37,208 nucleotides of DNA. Source: Pirellulales bacterium. GTDB lineage: Bacteria > Planctomycetota > Planctomycetia > Pirellulales > UBA1268. The notes under the pieces were generated by a model. The model ran no database searches, was not told where the DNA came from, and saw only the letters and a program-made list of their open reading frames with translations. This document shows, piece after piece, positions 16,801-24,791 of this stretch (position 1 is the stretch's first letter; each line of letters begins with the position of its first letter). The translations under genes and the position numbers were made by a program. The stretch lies in the NCBI GenBank assembly GCA_044346905.1, contig JBIIYH010000003.1, forward strand, positions 1 through 37,208, given 5' to 3'.

Positions 16801-19612
16801 CACGCTCTGCGACCGAACCGAAGGCCGGCCCGCCGACTCCGCCCCCGAACAGGCGGGCAAGCCAGTCCCGGCCGTCAGCGGGCATGATGGTGACCAGCCC
16901 CGGCGGCAGCATCAGCCGGGTGGTTCGTTCCAGCACCGGCATGTCGATCCCGCAGGCCACCTCGCCGATCCGCCACCAGCCCAACCCATCGCCCCGCTGG
17001 CCAACCCCGCGGATCACCAGACTGATCCGACCGCCGGTTCGCGGCAACGGCACGGCCAGGCCCTCCGTGTCGGCACCGTTCGGCACCGCGACCACCGGTT
17101 CGTCGGCGACGATCAGCTCCTCGAGCGAGAGGCCGGCGGGAATCGTGATCGTGGCAGTCTCGCGGCCCTGGTTCTCGATCTCGAGACTCGTCTCCCAGGC
17201 CAGCGCCCCCGACTCGTGACACCAGCAGACGGTCGCCTGCCGCCAGGCCCAGGCCCGGGCCGCGGCAGTGGCGGGCGGCGGCAGGACGCTGGCTGCCGGC
17301 CCGGGTCCGACCAGCGTCCGCGGTGAGCCGTAAGCCAGTTCGATCGTGCCCGGCGCGGCATCGACGCTCGGCGGCAGTTCCGGCAGGATCCGATTCTCGA
17401 CTTCCGGCCGCTGCCCCGCGTCGCCCCGGATGGCGATCGTGCCCCCGGGGCTCTCGGCCGCCTCCACCCACGCCAACGGCACGGGCACGGGGGATTCCAG
17501 CCGGACGGTCCGGGCCGCGCGAAACGTCACCGCGGCGGCGGTCGCCGGTCGCAGTTCGACGAGCCATGACTCGGCCACCGCCGGGTCGTTCCGCAGATCT
17601 CCCCGGGTGGCGTCGGCAGGACCGAGGAGTTGGGCCGAGAGCGAACCGGCCAGCGGATCGGCCATGGCCCACTCCAACCCGCTCCCGAGCGGCTCGGAAA
17701 AATGCACGACCACGGCATCGAGTTCGCCGGCGAGCGGGCGGCAGGTGAATGTGAAGGTCTCGGCCAGCCGCTCTTCACGGGCCACGAGGTCCACCCGCAC
17801 CTCCGCCTCCACCGGTGGGCGGCGGCGAACCAGCCGGGCGCGGACCAGCGCCGCCCGCTCGCCGGCGGCGATCCGCGCTCGGGGCGAGGCGAGCGAGGAG
17901 AGCGGCGCGAGCCGCTCCGGCAGGGGTTCCAGGCTCAGCGGCTGGCCGCCGGTCTCGAGCACCTCCATCGGGCCGACTTGAAACTCCAGCATCGCGGTCT
18001 CAGCGGGAAACCGCACCATGTCGATGCCGTCGCTGGAAAACTCGCTTCCCAGTGGACCGGAGCGGTGACCGGTGACCCGCAGCGACACACCGCGACCGGG
18101 GAAGGCCGCATCCGCCAGCCCGATCCGAAGCTCGCTGCCCTGCGGCGATCGCACCACCCGCCATTCGAGCGGCCGGCCCGAGGCGGCCGCCGAGTCGCCG
18201 CCGCCGCGGGGCAGATCGATCGCCTCGACGGAGTCGATCAGCCAGCCGGCCGCCACGTCGGCGGTGATGCCGAACAGCTCTCCGGCCACGACCCTGATGT
18301 CGGCAGTCGCCCGGCCCAGCACGGCGCCGGGCGAGATGTCGACGGTCGTCACCCGCGCGATCTCGAGGCTCGCCTCCCGCGGCCCGAGCACCACGTGCGT
18401 CTCCGCGGCCGGCGATTGATGCTCGATCTGAATGACGGCCGACTCGAGGGCGGCCCCAGCAGACGCGCCGGGTGGCTTGGGCTCGCTCGGCGGCACGGGC
18501 CACCGCGCCGCAGTGGCCGCGGTGACGGCCAGCGCCTCGCTCAACTCCACCCGCTGGACGGCGAGGCCGGGATCGACCACGAGCCGCACGCCGCAGCCGG
18601 CCCAGCCGGCGGCGGGCGGCCGGATCACGGGCACCGCCGCCGGTTCGCCGATCGCGACCGGCGCGATCCCCGCGACCACGACCGCTTCCCGGGAGCCGAC
18701 CAGACGGTCCGGAAGTGTGATCGTGAGCCCATCGCCCGCGCGGGTCCAAGGCAGCTCCATCCCGGCCGCCGTCACGCCTGTCACCTGCAGGGCCGGTGGC
18801 GCGCCGACGGCGAGTCGCTCGGGCGTCCAGGGACCAGCCGGCTCGAGCCGGGCCACTACCGCCGCCTGCCGGCCGCTGACGTTCACCCCGTTCCAGGCGG
18901 TGACCGGCGGCGGGCTGCGGCGGCCATCCCAGAGCACCAGCGGGAGCACGCTCCCCGGCCCTGTCGGCCCGCGCGCGATCCGCCAGGATCCCGCCCCCGC
19001 CTCCCCGGCGGCAGGCTCGACGACCGCGGCGGCCGCGGCGGCGCCAACCACGATCGGCCGGACATCCACCGGCAGATCGAGGTCGATGGTCGTCGCCAAG
19101 GCCGGAACGAGCGGCAGGCCGACCAACTCGCCGTCCGCGGGCGGCAGGTGAATCCGGCAGGTGTACAGCCCCGGCCCGGGGGTTTGCACGGCCAGCGTGC
19201 CGTCGGCCAGGCAGAAGATCGCCGCCTCTCCGGAGCCTGCGGCCGTGACGATCGTGCCTCCGCTGGCCGCGATCTTTCCCAAGGGGATGGAGCGGGGAAC
19301 TTCGCCATCGGCCGCGATCCGAAACTCCACCGTACCGACGAGACCAGCATGGGCATCGAATCCGAGCCGGTACCGGGCGTCGGCCGCAGCGGGCTGCCGC
19401 GCCGGTCCGGCGGCCGGCGTGAACCGGGCCACCGCGTCCTCGAAATCGGCCAGCGGCATCGGCAGGTAGCGAACGCCGTCGAGTGGCACGTCGGGCAGAC
19501 CAGCCACCGGCACGTGCACCCGCACGAAGTCGATCTCGTCCGCCCGGGCCGGACAAGCGGCAACCGCGCCGCATGCCGCCGCCAGCCAGGCCCACACCGC
19601 AACGCGGGTCAT
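13832..19612 (-). CDS. Giant (1926 aa) exported, membrane-anchored hypothetical protein made of two homologous units
   Basis: ATG 19612 overlaps the upstream stop (ATGA). Signal peptide MTRVAVWAWLAAACGAVAACPARA. Beta-rich ectodomains, an internal hydrophobic cluster (about 16460-16740) and a C-terminal 3-TM cluster. The ORF-track extension to 20098 is rejected. Confidence 0.85.
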   Translation of the reverse strand: MTRVAVWAWLAAACGAVAACPARADEIDFVRVHVPVAGLPDVPLDGVRYLPMPLADFEDAVARFTPAAGPARQPAAADARYRLGFDAHAGLVGTVEFRIAADGEVPRSIPLGKIAASGGTIVTAAGSGEAAIFCLADGTLAVQTPGPGLYTCRIHLPPADGELVGLPLVPALATTIDLDLPVDVRPIVVGAAAAAAVVEPAAGEAGAGSWRIARGPTGPGSVLPLVLWDGRRSPPPVTAWNGVNVSGRQAAVVARLEPAGPWTPERLAVGAPPALQVTGVTAAGMELPWTRAGDGLTITLPDRLVGSREAVVVAGIAPVAIGEPAAVPVIRPPAAGWAGCGVRLVVDPGLAVQRVELSEALAVTAATAARWPVPPSEPKPPGASAGAALESAVIQIEHQSPAAETHVVLGPREASLEIARVTTVDISPGAVLGRATADIRVVAGELFGITADVAAGWLIDSVEAIDLPRGGGDSAAASGRPLEWRVVRSPQGSELRIGLADAAFPGRGVSLRVTGHRSGPLGSEFSSDGIDMVRFPAETAMLEFQVGPMEVLETGGQPLSLEPLPERLAPLSSLASPRARIAAGERAALVRARLVRRRPPVEAEVRVDLVAREERLAETFTFTCRPLAGELDAVVVHFSEPLGSGLEWAMADPLAGSLSAQLLGPADATRGDLRNDPAVAESWLVELRPATAAAVTFRAARTVRLESPVPVPLAWVEAAESPGGTIAIRGDAGQRPEVENRILPELPPSVDAAPGTIELAYGSPRTLVGPGPAASVLPPPATAAARAWAWRQATVCWCHESGALAWETSLEIENQGRETATITIPAGLSLEELIVADEPVVAVPNGADTEGLAVPLPRTGGRISLVIRGVGQRGDGLGWWRIGEVACGIDMPVLERTTRLMLPPGLVTIMPADGRDWLARLFGGGVGGPAFGSVAERGFHAVVLPADGAAGAGPLVIRRRVLWSLAIAAGSAAALATMLLARRSGPAAVAACGVAAVAAIWCPAPWDIMARTTLWGGIAGSWAATRWRPGPPVVVAALVALAVAGPAAHAGDDSPVRVFVTPGPAGGTALVPEPLFRRLSTAIAGPSSLRVLATEIIAPAGTADGPWILELDLDADVGGLLVVDQTGSQVTWGRVVDPPRGLEASIGGQGRVARVVSTVAGRHRLRLELVPEPTRAGDVEETIVNLPPAPRATLRIDEPVIVTGRRTAWQCDRSSRDGGWLPAASGGVFDVAGAARIRVVRPVDRRAALAAGLAAAVSFNDIAWRGDECRVTASFDVGAEGTIVRQLVVRADPRLEPVAAPRGSPSLQPLGGGRHLVEIPEPRVGQRRVVVEFRLPLADPVGVFDAPFAWLQDVEADVRTARLRPEPGLAATAELPPGMAPVRPRLEDGPGTTAVWRSDAVTTEGASTTELRPRITVTRQLRRPRAAQNLVVTLADDHVGLRLRYQIDARDAPLVEIPVQLPPAAIIDDLALTRQPAGDDAEPSDRRVDLFWSRTAADRIVAVVQRPETGPFRFELDARLPLRPASRGRLPVARIPDPGLPLELRWQAAPGIELTVTDPERPGDLATRDRLELAASQAAPGYTLTRNNSPPLPVTAGDEVQRPPAVTPPAAASVPLTTIDLAIDANSRAWGLVRFDLLPGEPLVTVLVPPGLRLFDLRVDGREVAATPLGGNAWQIRLHDVGWPRSLVAVISGGVGGRLAAGEPIRLEPPRLEGLPAAAVAWSLHTPAGFALRVSEPARVLDEEAFKNWTRQSRTRIDEAFAAAISGTVGGRRQRLDGFAAGRKAGAGPAGERAWYEAAGKSVSSAPERIRIVAAADGSVTLRAVPLGFASAAARGFVTAAILGGVALLWLAARRFPRAWSVMMPWLSRWWWLACGTAWLLVLEPALPGLVMIGLGIWLALPRAAAQRGSGGDPAGDDSTLTFAGG

Positions 19613-22600
19613 CCGCCGTCCCTCCCAACACCGGTAGCCGTCGCCGACCCGACCGACGGGGCCACGATCAGCGACACGGTAGGTTCGGCCGACCTGATCA
19701 GCGAGCTGGCCTGGCCGGTTGGCTGCGGTGCCGCCCGCCGCTGGGCGGGGGGCTCCGAGAACCGGCGGAGCGCCGCGGCCAGCACCGCCAGGATCGCACC
19801 GGGAAGGGCCGCCTGACCGACCAGCGGCATGAGCTCCGGCAGGGCGGTGGCCAGCACCGCCCCGGCGGCGGCGAGCCCCACCACCGCGGCCGGCCGCCGC
19901 CACGCGGCCGCATGGACCATCATCAGGCCGAGCGCCAGCGATGCGCCGGAACAGACGAGCACGATCAGCCAGGTCGGCACGACCCAGGCCGCGGCCAAAC
20001 CCGGGGAGCCGATTCCCGCGTACACGAGCCGCGTTTCCCCACGGGCGGGGTCGGCCGCCACCGTGACGGCCGGCCGGCGCAGCGTGGCTGCGATCCACTC
20101 GGCGAGCTCACCCGGCGACACGTTCGGTTCACGGCTCCAGCCCGCGCTCCGCCACCGCCATCGTTGCTGGCTCGTCCACCGCGCGGGCATCCCCAGCAGG
20201 TGATCGTCGGGCAACAGCTCCACCTCCCAGGAAAACTGCCGCTCGACAACGTCGCCGGCGAACCGGGGAGCGTCCAGCCGCAACGGCCAGGGCAGACCCA
20301 AGCCGGCGATCGTGCCGCCCCAGGCCGCCGTGGTCCGGATCTCCAGCAGTCGGCTGCCTCCGCCGGGTGGCACGATGTCGATCACGAGGCGGCCATCATC
20401 TCGGGCTGTCACCGGAAGCGATGAGCCATCGAGCCGCACTTCGAGCGACGCCGCAACCGGTGCCGACGGCAGATCGATTTCCAACTGGCTCTGGGCCGGA
20501 GCGACCACGTAGGTGGCGACGTCCTCCCGGCGGTCGGGAAACAGCCGCGTCCGCAGCCAGGCCGCCTCGATCACGGTGACGCTCGCCGCCGCGCGGGTGC
20601 GGGCCGACAAGGCCAGGGCGAACACGTCCTTCGGCTTCGAGACCGACCACGAGCGGCCGCCCCCCGGCGGCCCCGAGACATCCCGTCGCCAGGCCTCGCT
20701 CCGCGGCACCACCGCCAGCGTCGCCGCCTCCTCGACCGTGACCGACTGGCGGAGCGTGCCCGTCACCACCGGCAGCGGCAGCGGAAGATCGACCGCGACG
20801 GTCGTCTGGGGCGGCACCGCCGGCGTGGGAATCCGGTACTGGACGGTCACCTGGCCGCGCCCCAACAGCGGCACCGGCAGGAGCGACCGCACGAGTTTCA
20901 AGGGCCTCCCGGCCGCATCCACCTCGCCCGTGTCTTCGATCTCGGCCGGGTCGAGCAGTTCACCCCCTTGGCGAATCTCGAGCGTTCCCGACTCGAGCGC
21001 CGACTCGGCGAGACGGAGCTCGAGAAACTCGAGCGGGACATGCAGCACGTCGAGCCTGATGGTCTCCGACACCACGAGCTCCCGCTCGTCGATGCTCACC
21101 CGCGTGGCGATCGCGGCCTCGACGCGGCGGGGAAGAAAGCGGCGGGTCGCGGCGAACGTTCCGGGCGGCGCGTCGAGCCGGTAGACCAGCGCCATCCGCT
21201 CGGCATCCCCCGGCGAGAGCGTCGCCGCGGTCTGACGCACGAGTCCGCGGCTGCCGGCGGCCTCGGGCAACAACTCGATGTCCGAGTCGGACGAGACGAT
21301 CACACTCGCGGGACCGACCAGGTCGGCCCGCGGCACCGGCAGGCTCCACGAAACGGCCTCTGCGGTCGGGGCGACCGTCCGGGCCGCCTCGATCTCGACG
21401 ACCGCGTCGCCGGCCAGCGGCTGCAGGAAAGGAATCGTGATCCGATCCCCATCGACGCTGACGCCGCCGGCATCGACGACGCCAGCCGGCCCCACTTCCC
21501 CCAGCCGCCACGCCGGGTCGAGCTCGAGGGAGATGCCACCCACCGGCGCGCCCCGCGCCGCCACTCGCAGTTCGGCCTGGAGTTCGATGCGGGCGGCAGA
21601 GACGTCGTAGCGATACGCGGGCTCGATCACCACGCGGCTGCGACGCGGGCTGATCCGCAGCGGCAGCGAGGCCGGCTGGGCATCGTAGGCGAAGGAGGCG
21701 ACGAGCCCGGCGTCCCGCTCCCCGGCCGGAGGATCGACGCGGCGGATCCCCGGCACGGTGTCCCAGGTGGCCTGCCAGTCTTCCTCGACCACGAGGTTCG
21801 CGCGGCCGCGTTGCCGCCACGGCTCGATGCCGGCGACGGCGAACCCGAGCGGCTCGAACGGGGCGCCGCCGGAGGGGTCGATCGGGTGTTCGCACACGAG
21901 CTCGATCTCAGCCGTGCCGCGGTCGTCGCGATCGACCGCGATCGTGACCGTCTGGTCGGTGTCGGCGCCGACCACGAGCGTGCCATCGCCGGCCACCCGC
22001 CGCAGGAGCGCTCCGCGGGGCAGCGTGACCGCGACCCGCGCGACCGCCGGGGACAGGTTGGCCAGCCGGAGCCGGGCCGTGATCGCCGCCGTCCGGCCGT
22101 CGATTCGCACCACGCTCTCGCAGACGGCCTCGGCGAGCGCGTCCGCGGCCGGCGTGGCCGGGGTGGCGGCCAGCAGGATCCGCACGTCGCCCGAGACTGC
22201 CGTCACGGTCACACGGCTCCCGCCATCGGCTGCGGCCACGTCCACGCGACCCCGGCCCGGGGGCCGGAGCGTCGCCTGGGGCGAGGCCCGAGCGGTATCG
22301 ATGTCGATCCGCGAGGTCACGGCCAGGGGCAGCGAAAGCGTGAACGACTCCTGCTCGTCGCCCGCCGTGACGGGCAGCCGGCCGGCCAGGCGGACGGTAT
22401 GCCGCAGCTCGCCATCGACGCCGGCCGAAGGCTCGAACCAGCAGCGGTAGCCCTTGCCCTGCGGATCAGCGTCCACGAGCATCCGGCCCGGGCCGTCGTG
22501 TTCCGGCGGCCCGTCGAGCAGCACCTGGCCGAGGTCGAGCGGCACCATCGCCCAGCCGCCCCGCGCCTGCCGCACTTTGCACTCGACGGCGACCGGGCAC

Positions 22601-22944
22601 GAGCCGGAGGCGGGCTCGAACCGCCGGGCGTCGATCGTCACGATCACGCTCTCGAGCACGGCGTCCGGGGGCAGTGCCGGGCCGCCGAGGCCTTCGCGGA
22701 TCCGAAACAAATCGAGGAAGTCGGCGTAGCGAAACCCGGGCACCGGCACGAGCCGCCCAGATTCATCCTTCAGATAATAGAGCTCCGGCGTCCGCTCGCG
22801 GATCACGGGCGGCGGCTCGACGCCGGCCGGCGTCGGGGCCGGCGGCTCCTGACCGGACGCGGCCGAGGGCATCCCGGCCGCGGCGGCGAGCAGGAGCACG
22901 ACCGGCAGGAGAAGGGCGCGCGGCTGGTGGAACAGGTCTGTCAT
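19609..22944 (-). CDS. Large (1111 aa) exported, membrane-anchored hypothetical protein, apparent paralog of the downstream giant protein
   Basis: Signal peptide RALLLPVVLLLAAAAGMPSAASG-Q, beta-rich ectodomain, three C-terminal hydrophobic helices. TAGGCT -10 candidate at 22980-22975. Confidence 0.85.
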   Translation of the reverse strand: MTDLFHQPRALLLPVVLLLAAAAGMPSAASGQEPPAPTPAGVEPPPVIRERTPELYYLKDESGRLVPVPGFRYADFLDLFRIREGLGGPALPPDAVLESVIVTIDARRFEPASGSCPVAVECKVRQARGGWAMVPLDLGQVLLDGPPEHDGPGRMLVDADPQGKGYRCWFEPSAGVDGELRHTVRLAGRLPVTAGDEQESFTLSLPLAVTSRIDIDTARASPQATLRPPGRGRVDVAAADGGSRVTVTAVSGDVRILLAATPATPAADALAEAVCESVVRIDGRTAAITARLRLANLSPAVARVAVTLPRGALLRRVAGDGTLVVGADTDQTVTIAVDRDDRGTAEIELVCEHPIDPSGGAPFEPLGFAVAGIEPWRQRGRANLVVEEDWQATWDTVPGIRRVDPPAGERDAGLVASFAYDAQPASLPLRISPRRSRVVIEPAYRYDVSAARIELQAELRVAARGAPVGGISLELDPAWRLGEVGPAGVVDAGGVSVDGDRITIPFLQPLAGDAVVEIEAARTVAPTAEAVSWSLPVPRADLVGPASVIVSSDSDIELLPEAAGSRGLVRQTAATLSPGDAERMALVYRLDAPPGTFAATRRFLPRRVEAAIATRVSIDERELVVSETIRLDVLHVPLEFLELRLAESALESGTLEIRQGGELLDPAEIEDTGEVDAAGRPLKLVRSLLPVPLLGRGQVTVQYRIPTPAVPPQTTVAVDLPLPLPVVTGTLRQSVTVEEAATLAVVPRSEAWRRDVSGPPGGGRSWSVSKPKDVFALALSARTRAAASVTVIEAAWLRTRLFPDRREDVATYVVAPAQSQLEIDLPSAPVAASLEVRLDGSSLPVTARDDGRLVIDIVPPGGGSRLLEIRTTAAWGGTIAGLGLPWPLRLDAPRFAGDVVERQFSWEVELLPDDHLLGMPARWTSQQRWRWRSAGWSREPNVSPGELAEWIAATLRRPAVTVAADPARGETRLVYAGIGSPGLAAAWVVPTWLIVLVCSGASLALGLMMVHAAAWRRPAAVVGLAAAGAVLATALPELMPLVGQAALPGAILAVLAAALRRFSEPPAQRRAAPQPTGQASSLIRSAEPTVSLIVAPSVGSATATGVGRDGG

Positions 22945-23057
22945 CACGATGGCCGGGAGAAAGCCTCTCGCACTAGCCTACCCCGCAATCCTGCGCAGAA
23001 GCTTCACAGGCCCCAGATCGCCGAACCGGCACCACCCGCACGACCGGCACGCTCGGC

Positions 23058-23876
23058 TCAGCCCGCCAGCAGGCCCCGCATGCCGCGGAGCAGTTCCGGG
23101 CTGCCGGCGGCCACGAAGGCCGGGTCATCGAGGGGGATCGCATCGGCTCCGGCCGCGAATCCCCCCACCGCGCCGCCGGCCTCGCGGACGAGCAAAAAGC
23201 CGGCCGCCGCATCCCAGCAGGCGATCCGCCGCGCCCAGAACCCGTGCAGCCGGCCGGAGGCGAGCCAGGCGAGGTTGAGGGCCGTCGAGCCGGTGCGGCG
23301 GACGGAATGCACGTGGGGCAAAATCCGGAGAAAGTCGGCGACCGCCGGGGAGTCGGCCGGCACCTGCGGTGGAAAACTCAGCGCCACGACCGCCTCGGAC
23401 GGATCCAGAACGGCCGCGGTCTGGATCGGCCGGCCGTCGAGGAAGGCCCCGCCGCCGGCCCGTGCCGTGAAGCATTCGCCCCGCAGCGGATCGAAGATCG
23501 TCGCGGCCAAAATCTCGTCGTCACACGCCAGCGCGATCGAGACGCACCAGGCCGGAAAGCCGTGCACGTAGTTCGTCGTGCCGTCCAGCGGATCGACGAT
23601 CCAGCGGGTGCCCGAGCCCGAGTGCCCGGCCGCGCCCGGGGGCGGCTGGGCGACCCCGGCGTCGGCCTCCTCCCCGACGAATCCGTGCTCCGGAAACGCC
23701 GCGGCGATGATCCGGCGGATCTCGCGCTGGGAAGCGAAGTCGGCCTCGGTGACCAGGTCGCGTGGCCCCTTCGAGGTGGCCCGAAATCGTCCGACCCAAT
23801 CGAGCAGCACCCCGCCGCCCGCCCGGGCCGCGGCTTCACAAACGGCCAGCGGATCGGGCGAACTGGAAGCGGGCAT
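23058..23876 (-). CDS. suhB: Inositol monophosphatase family protein (SuhB-like)
   Basis: KGPRDLVTEAD, GEE, WIVDPLDGTTNYVHG, RRTGS.AL, WDAAAG. Alternative start 23915. Confidence 0.88.
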   Translation of the reverse strand: MPASSSPDPLAVCEAAARAGGGVLLDWVGRFRATSKGPRDLVTEADFASQREIRRIIAAAFPEHGFVGEEADAGVAQPPPGAAGHSGSGTRWIVDPLDGTTNYVHGFPAWCVSIALACDDEILAATIFDPLRGECFTARAGGGAFLDGRPIQTAAVLDPSEAVVALSFPPQVPADSPAVADFLRILPHVHSVRRTGSTALNLAWLASGRLHGFWARRIACWDAAAGFLLVREAGGAVGGFAAGADAIPLDDPAFVAAGSPELLRGMRGLLAG

Positions 23877-23999
23877 GCGAGGTTCCTGGAGAGGGGGCGG
23901 CGCGGTCGCGGTCATGACGGACCGCCTGGGTCGGGTATCGTATGCCAGTCCGCTCGCGACCGTGAACCGGGCGCATCGGCAGCCACTCGGATCAGGCCC

Positions 24000-24689
24000 A
24001 TGACTTCCTCGCCGCCCGCGGTCACCGCCGCCTGGACGCTCGCCGGCCTCGCGGCCGGCGACGGTCGCGGTCGCCTCGACCTCGCCACCCCCGCCGCGGG
24101 CCTCGCCCTGGCCGGCGACGATCGCGTGCTCGGGCTCGACCTCCGCGTGCCACCGGCCGCGGAGCGGCTCGTCGATCACTGGGCCCGAGGCGACGATCTG
24201 GTCGCCGTGTACGAGCCCGCCGATCCGCGGCGACTGCGGGCCACTGCGATGTGGCGGTCGCTGGCCGCCCAGCGGGCCTGGGAACTGGTCGTGGCCGCGC
24301 AGACCGCGCTGGTCGAGAGCGACTCCTCGCTCGCCGTCACGTGCGACCTCGCCTGCGGACGCATCGCCTGGGGCCAGGGCACCGAGACCGGAGTGACTTG
24401 GAATCCCATCGGGGAGACGGGCCTGCCGATCGAGGCCAACTGCCTTCTCGTGCACCGTGGCGCCGATGCCGTGCTCGTGGCGGTTCACCCGGCCGACGTG
24501 CGGCGGATTCTCGTGGTAACCGAGGCCGGGCGCGTCCGCGTCACCTGCTGGCTTTTCACCGCGGCGATCGAGAAGGGCGTGTTGCTCAAGAGCCGTGTGC
24601 TCGCCGCCGTGGGGCCGGCCGCCGACACCGCCTGGGCCGACGCCCTCGTCGTCGACCTCGCCGCCTCGCCGCCCCCGCTTTCCGCGTGA
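24000..24689 (+). CDS. Hypothetical protein (229 aa), resembles a planctomycete-restricted family
   Basis: Protein-like composition, fills the gap between suhB and the next gene. Motifs DHWARGDDLVAVY, VHPAD, LF...IEKGVLLKSRV, PPPLSA. Confidence 0.7.
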   Translation: MTSSPPAVTAAWTLAGLAAGDGRGRLDLATPAAGLALAGDDRVLGLDLRVPPAAERLVDHWARGDDLVAVYEPADPRRLRATAMWRSLAAQRAWELVVAAQTALVESDSSLAVTCDLACGRIAWGQGTETGVTWNPIGETGLPIEANCLLVHRGADAVLVAVHPADVRRILVVTEAGRVRVTCWLFTAAIEKGVLLKSRVLAAVGPAADTAWADALVVDLAASPPPLSA

Positions 24690-24772
24690 GCGGCGGGCGT
24701 TTTTGCCGTGGCGGCGGCCGCGGGGGAGACGCTACAGTGTGCCCAGCTTCCCCGGGTTGCCGCGGGCGAGCT

Positions 24773-24786
24773 CACCACGGAGGGTG
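24773..24786 (+). promoter_or_regulatory. ANGGAG hexaloop hairpin over the SD (CsrA/RsmA-type site)
   Basis: CACC-ACGGAG-GGTG, 5 nt before GTG 24792. TACAGT -10 candidate at 24733-24738. Confidence 0.5.
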
Positions 24787-24791
24787 CCCAC

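Noticed and set aside
19613-20098. N-terminal extension of the 2088-aa ORF
   Set aside because: It overlaps the upstream gene in another frame. The signal peptide begins at ATG 19612 with an ATGA overlap.
13793-23571. Long plus-strand ORFs (853, 728 and 867 aa) opposite the giant genes
   Set aside because: Arg/Gly/Pro-rich antisense shadows, expected at high GC, with no motifs. The minus-strand frames have signal peptides, TM helices and translational coupling.
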